51,071 nt of DNA, taken from contig DATMBG010000044.1 of NCBI GenBank assembly GCA_035559535.1, positions 186,001-237,071 of the forward strand, in the 5' to 3' direction. Under the pieces are notes generated by a model. That model was not told where the DNA came from. It did no database searches and worked only from the letters and a program-made list of their open reading frames with translations. Positions 47,013-51,071 of this stretch are shown here, piece after piece; position 1 is the stretch's first letter, and every line of letters starts with the position of its first letter. The translations under genes were made by a program, and so were the position numbers. Origin of the DNA: Candidatus Limnocylindrales bacterium (GTDB lineage Bacteria > Moduliflexota > Moduliflexia > Moduliflexales > JAUQPW01).

Positions 47013-47756
47013 GTGGAGTTAGAGGGTAAAGTTAGCCTTGTGACAGGTGGGAGTCGTGGAATCGGGCGGGAAATAGCTCTGGTGTTAGCAGAAGCCGGGT
47101 CGGAGGTTATCGTTATTTACCGGAATCAGGCAGAGAAAGCCTCTGAAGTGGTAAAACTTATTGAAAAAATGGGGAGGAAAGCGCAGGCTATTCAAACAGA
47201 TGTCAGTCAGTCGGAGGAAATCCACGCTTTAGTAGAGCGGGTTACCGACGAGAAGGGGCGTATTGACATTTTGGTTAATAATGCCGGTATGAGTCGAGAT
47301 ACCCTTCTACCCAGGATGAAAGAAGAGGATTGGAATCAGGTTCTGAATGTCAATCTGACAGGGGTTTTCAATTGTACCAAAGCCGTTTCTAAAGTTATGC
47401 TGAAGCAAAGGAGCGGGCGAATTGTTAATATGACCTCTATTGTTGGGGTAATAGGTAATCCAGGTCAAGCGGCCTATGCTGCTGCCAAAGCAGGCATCAT
47501 TGGATTTACAAAAACCATTGCCAAGGAATTAGCTTCCCGGGGAATTACGGTGAATGCTGTAGCGCCTGGTTTTATAGAAACCGATATGACGCTGGAACTT
47601 TCAGATAAAACGAAAAGTTATTTCCTGTCCCAGATTCCGCTTCAACGTTTTGGAACTCCCCGAGATGTGGCAGAGGTTGTCAGGTTTTTAGTTTCTGATA
47701 AAGCCAGTTATATAACAGGTCAGGTTATTCACGTAAACGGAGGAATGTATATGTAG
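47013..47756 (+). CDS. fabG: 3-oxoacyl-ACP reductase
   Basis: TGGSRGIG, NNAG, GNPGQAAYAAAK, APGFIETDMT, VNGGM. Confidence 0.96.
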   Translation: MELEGKVSLVTGGSRGIGREIALVLAEAGSEVIVIYRNQAEKASEVVKLIEKMGRKAQAIQTDVSQSEEIHALVERVTDEKGRIDILVNNAGMSRDTLLPRMKEEDWNQVLNVNLTGVFNCTKAVSKVMLKQRSGRIVNMTSIVGVIGNPGQAAYAAAKAGIIGFTKTIAKELASRGITVNAVAPGFIETDMTLELSDKTKSYFLSQIPLQRFGTPRDVAEVVRFLVSDKASYITGQVIHVNGGMYM

Positions 47757-47803
47757 TAAGGACGGGTCTATGACCTGCTCCTTACTATAAAAGGAGGTAA
47801 TCT

Positions 47804-48037
47804 ATGGCAGCCATTGAAGATCGTGTCAAAGAGATTATAGTTGAACAATTAGGAGTAGATGCCGAAGAAGTTACTCCAGAAGCATCTTTTATTGAGGATT
47901 TGGGAGCGGATTCACTGGATACAGTAGAGCTGGTCATGGCCTTTGAAGAGGAGTTTAATATCGAAATTCCCGATGAGGAAGCCGAGAAAATTTTGACCGT
48001 TAAAGATGCTGTGGAGTACATCAAAAGAAATACATGA
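47804..48037 (+). CDS. acpP: Acyl carrier protein
   Basis: [29 protein letters not shown]. Confidence 0.98.
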   Translation: MAAIEDRVKEIIVEQLGVDAEEVTPEASFIEDLGADSLDTVELVMAFEEEFNIEIPDEEAEKILTVKDAVEYIKRNT

Positions 48038-48267
48038 TCGGTAAAAGATGAAGAGGAAGGAAGGAGAATAGGAGAGTGGAAGAACAGGGTCATAGTTCTT
48101 TGCGCTCTTCCCCTCTTCCATTTTTCTATCTTCTGGATTTATCTCTTGCCATCCGGTTTTTGTCTTAAAAAAGAGATCCATGTAACTCTTAGAAAGGAGA
48201 GGACCAACTCAAACTTTGCACCACAAACCTAAAGAGTTTTGCAGAGTTTGAGAACCCGAGTTAAATC

Positions 48268-49509
48268 TTGAAGAGAAGAGTTGTAGTTACAGGATTAGGG
48301 GCTGTAACTCCTATTGGAAATAATGTTCAAGAGTTTTGGAAGGGACTCTGCGAAGGGAAGTCTGGAATTGGCTTAATCACTCGTTTCGATACAACCGATT
48401 ATCCGACTAAAATTGCAGGAGAGGTAAAAGGTTTTGATCCACTTGATTATATTGATAAAAAAGAAGTGAAGAAAATGGATATATTTATCCATTATGCCCT
48501 GGCGGCGAGTGAAATGGCCATTAAAGATTCCGGGCTTAAATTGGATACCCTGGATAAGGAGCGGGCAGGAGTTCTGATCGGATCTGGAATTGGGGGGCTT
48601 CCTTCCATGGAAGAACAACATCAAATACTTTTAGAAAAAGGTCATCGACGGATCTCTCCCTTTTTTATCCCTATGCACATTATTAATCTGGCCGCAGGAC
48701 ATGTATCCATGCGTTTTGGATTCCAGGGTCCCAACTCAGCAGTGGTTACGGCTTGTGCAGCCGGAACCCATGCCATTGGAGATGCCTTTAAGCTCATCCA
48801 GCGAGGAGATGCCGATGTGATGATCGCAGGTGGTACTGAATCGGTTATTACGCCTTTGGCCATTGGCGGATTTAGCTCCATGAAAGCGCTTTCCCGGAGA
48901 AACGAGGAGCCTCAAAAAGCAAGTCGTCCTTTTGATCTGGACCGGGATGGATTTGTGGTAGGGGAAGGATGTGGATTGCTGGTTTTGGAATCTCTGGAAC
49001 ACGCCATGAAGCGAGATGCCCACATTAGGGCAGAAATCATCGGATATGGTCTAACTTCCGATGCCCATCATATTACCATGCCTGCTCCCAATGGAGAAGG
49101 AGCTGCTCGATGTATGAAAATGGCCTTGAGAGATGCTCAGATTGCACCTGAGGAGGTAGATTACATTAATGCCCATGGGACTTCAACACCACCCAATGAT
49201 AAATTTGAAACAATGGCCATTAAGACCGTTTTTGGAGAACATGCTTACCGATTAGCTATCAGTTCAACTAAGTCCATGATCGGACATCTTCTTGGAGCTG
49301 CGGGCGGAGTTGAAGCCGTAGCGACAGCGCTCACCGTTCAAATGGATATTATTCATCCAACCATTAACTATGAAACACCGGATCCAGAATGTGATCTAGA
49401 TTATGTACCCAATAAAGCCCGCTTTCAAGAAGTCAATATTGCGTTATCCAACTCCTTTGGATTTGGTGGAACCAACGCCTGTATTTTACTTAAAAAATTT
49501 CGGCAGTAA
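48268..49509 (+). CDS. fabF: 3-oxoacyl-ACP synthase II
   Basis: [42 protein letters not shown]. Confidence 0.97.
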   Translation: MKRRVVVTGLGAVTPIGNNVQEFWKGLCEGKSGIGLITRFDTTDYPTKIAGEVKGFDPLDYIDKKEVKKMDIFIHYALAASEMAIKDSGLKLDTLDKERAGVLIGSGIGGLPSMEEQHQILLEKGHRRISPFFIPMHIINLAAGHVSMRFGFQGPNSAVVTACAAGTHAIGDAFKLIQRGDADVMIAGGTESVITPLAIGGFSSMKALSRRNEEPQKASRPFDLDRDGFVVGEGCGLLVLESLEHAMKRDAHIRAEIIGYGLTSDAHHITMPAPNGEGAARCMKMALRDAQIAPEEVDYINAHGTSTPPNDKFETMAIKTVFGEHAYRLAISSTKSMIGHLLGAAGGVEAVATALTVQMDIIHPTINYETPDPECDLDYVPNKARFQEVNIALSNSFGFGGTNACILLKKFRQ

Positions 49510-49514
49510 TCCCG

Positions 49515-49577
49515 GATTGCAGGCTTCTCTATAGCCCTCCCGACTTATAAGGGAGGGAATTATAGAGGTCTGCAATC
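49515..49577 (+). promoter_or_regulatory. Long imperfect hairpin in the rnc leader
   Basis: GATTGCAG/CTGCAATC, CTCTATA/TATAGAG and CCCTCCC/GGGAGGG stacked stems ending 6 nt before the rnc ATG. Confidence 0.6.
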
Positions 49578-49583
49578 TTCAAA

Positions 49584-50363
49584 ATGCCCAATTACGAAGC
49601 ACTTCAGGAGCAATTAGAATATCCCTTTAATAATCTCCAACTCCTCCTACAAGCTCTTACACACAGTTCTTATGTCAATGAGGTCGATTATGTTGAAGCC
49701 GAAGATAATGAAAAGCTGGAATTTTTAGGGGATGCTCTGTTAGGATTTGTGATTAGCGATCTCCTCTATACCCGTTATCCTCATTTCCGTGAAGGAGACC
49801 TGGCTAAATTAAAATCTTATGTAGTAAGCGAACAATTCCTTGCCGAACTTGCGAAGGAACTATCCCTAGGAGATTATTTACTCCTTGGAAAGGGTGAAAA
49901 ATCCAGTGGGGGTCGAGAGAAAAATTCCCTCTTAGCTAACAGTTTCGAAGCTCTTATTGCCGCCGTCTATCTGGATGGAGGATTAGAAAAAGCCTGCGAA
50001 TTTATCTACAATCGCTTCAGTGATAAAATTCAAAAGCTCGTTAAAGAACATCAAATTCTGGATCATAAGTCCCTCCTCCAGGAATACACACAAATGGTTT
50101 TTAATTGTGTTCCGGTTTATCACCTGATCAGTAAATCGGGACCCGATCACGATAAGACCTTCGAAGTACAGCTTTCCATAAATGACCAGGTTTATAGCAT
50201 CGGTCGAGGTAAGAGTAAAAAAGAAGCTGAACAAATGGCCGCCAAGCAAACCCTTATGAAGCTGAAGGTAGAGAGTAATGGCCTGAATATTTACCCTACC
50301 CTCGAAAAAGAAACGTCTGCTGAAAAAGAAACCCAAGAGCTTAAGGAGACCTGTCCCCAATGA
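49584..50363 (+). CDS. rnc: Ribonuclease III
   Basis: ALTHSS, NEKLEFLGDA, EALIAAVYLDGG, dsRBD KSLLQE..GPDH..KKEAEQ.AA. Confidence 0.97.
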   Translation: MPNYEALQEQLEYPFNNLQLLLQALTHSSYVNEVDYVEAEDNEKLEFLGDALLGFVISDLLYTRYPHFREGDLAKLKSYVVSEQFLAELAKELSLGDYLLLGKGEKSSGGREKNSLLANSFEALIAAVYLDGGLEKACEFIYNRFSDKIQKLVKEHQILDHKSLLQEYTQMVFNCVPVYHLISKSGPDHDKTFEVQLSINDQVYSIGRGKSKKEAEQMAAKQTLMKLKVESNGLNIYPTLEKETSAEKETQELKETCPQ

Positions 50364-50370
50364 TGGGAGA

Positions 50371-50421
50371 ACGGAAAAATAGGAAAACAGGTAAGTAAAA
50401 CCCATTTTCCTATTCTTCCGT
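50371..50421 (+). terminator. Hairpin after rnc
   Basis: ACGGAAAAATAGGAAAA / TTTTCCTATTCTTCCGT followed by TT. Confidence 0.55.
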
Positions 50422-50928
50422 TTAATCAATTTTACCTGTCCGCTACTCAGAGTCTCCATAAAACCAGGGTGACGATGGTCCTCGGTTGGAAGGTTGATCC
50501 AATAGGTATAGCTATCGGTCCAGAAATACTATCGACCTGGAGCAAGAGGACATAAGCATCAGGATAAGGATATTAGCTCAGGCATGGAGATCTGTGAAGG
50601 GCGACTTGTTGCCATGGGCTTGAAAAAATTCTGAATTTCTGAATCCTCCAACCTCCGTCGGCAACTACTAACTGTCGACTCCAGACGAGGCTTTCAGCTC
50701 ATCCCCTGACGTGTATAGGGCAGAAGGAAGGAACAGGAAATTATCTGATCGGAAGCCCTTACCATATCTTTGCACTCCTGCGAGGGCTTCCTCTGATTTT
50801 ATAGTTTAAGTAGAGATACCTCAGGCCTAGTTAAGTTGACAGGGTTACTTTACGTATAATCTGAAAGGTAGGTGATGGAGTAATACCCATAGGTTATAAA
50901 CTTCCATTTCCAGTTCTACTATGGATAG

Positions 50929-51069
50929 TTAGGATAACTCGTTAATATCGGTGTAAATCTCCACACCTAACTCTCGGGCCAACTCTTGAGTACCAGCCTC
51001 CACATGGGGCGCAATAATCAACTTGCGGTCCACCTGCCGGCCCGTCTTCCGCATGTAAAAAGCTACCTT
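50929..51069 (-). CDS. C-terminus of a DUF3782/PD-(D/E)XK nuclease-like protein (partial)
   Basis: Hand translation: KVAFYMRKTGRQVDRKLIIAPHVEAGTQELARELGVEIYTDINELS*. Confidence 0.6.
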   Translation of the reverse strand, partial: KVAFYMRKTGRQVDRKLIIAPHVEAGTQELARELGVEIYTDINELS

Positions 51070-51071
51070 CT

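Noticed and set aside
50800-50845. GTCAAC start resembling IS200/605 HEARO/omega-RNA ends
   Set aside because: No further HEARO motifs and no iscB or tnpB adjacent.
50836-50860. Perfect TTGACA and TATAAT hexamers
   Set aside because: Spacer is only 13 nt and points to ATG-GAG-TAA. Other 13-nt cases (9534, 45813) are too few to claim an unusual sigma factor, and canonical 17-nt promoters exist.

Overview
Bacterial chromosomal window of roughly 40-45% GC; the lineage cannot be determined from sequence alone. The left ~23 kb is a PQQ/lanthanide and C1-metabolism region. It starts with a PQQ alcohol dehydrogenase missing from the ORF track, which has the vicinal CC and the lanthanide-type DYDG motif. 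Next come a second, disulfide-less PQQ dehydrogenase beside a stand-alone Tat-exported Rieske protein, a 5-formyl-THF cyclo-ligase + formyltransferase (ftr/fhcD) pair, a His-repeat coiled-coil membrane protein, a YVTN propeller and DoxX. A kinase/sigma-54 activator pair follows, then a palindromic putative enhancer and a -24/-12 promoter. These precede a ~9-gene operon: DUF3280-like protein, creatininase, two luciferase-like enzymes, isochorismatase-like protein, SRPBCC, SdhA/NadB-like flavoprotein, signal-less PqqT-like binding protein and GYD protein. Almost every enzyme in that operon has substituted canonical active-site residues, making it the best candidate for an undescribed pathway. 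The right part is mostly housekeeping (ltaE, recJ, mutL, ftsK, dinG, NRDE-fabD-fabG-acpP-fabF-rnc), plus a third PQQ enzyme with FG-GAP repeats and an 11-residue KYG-repeat membrane protein. Intergenic DNA is rich in diverse REP-like hairpins and heptamer repeats. No rRNA, tRNA, CRISPR array or intact transposase was seen. Family calls come from remembered motifs, not database searches.
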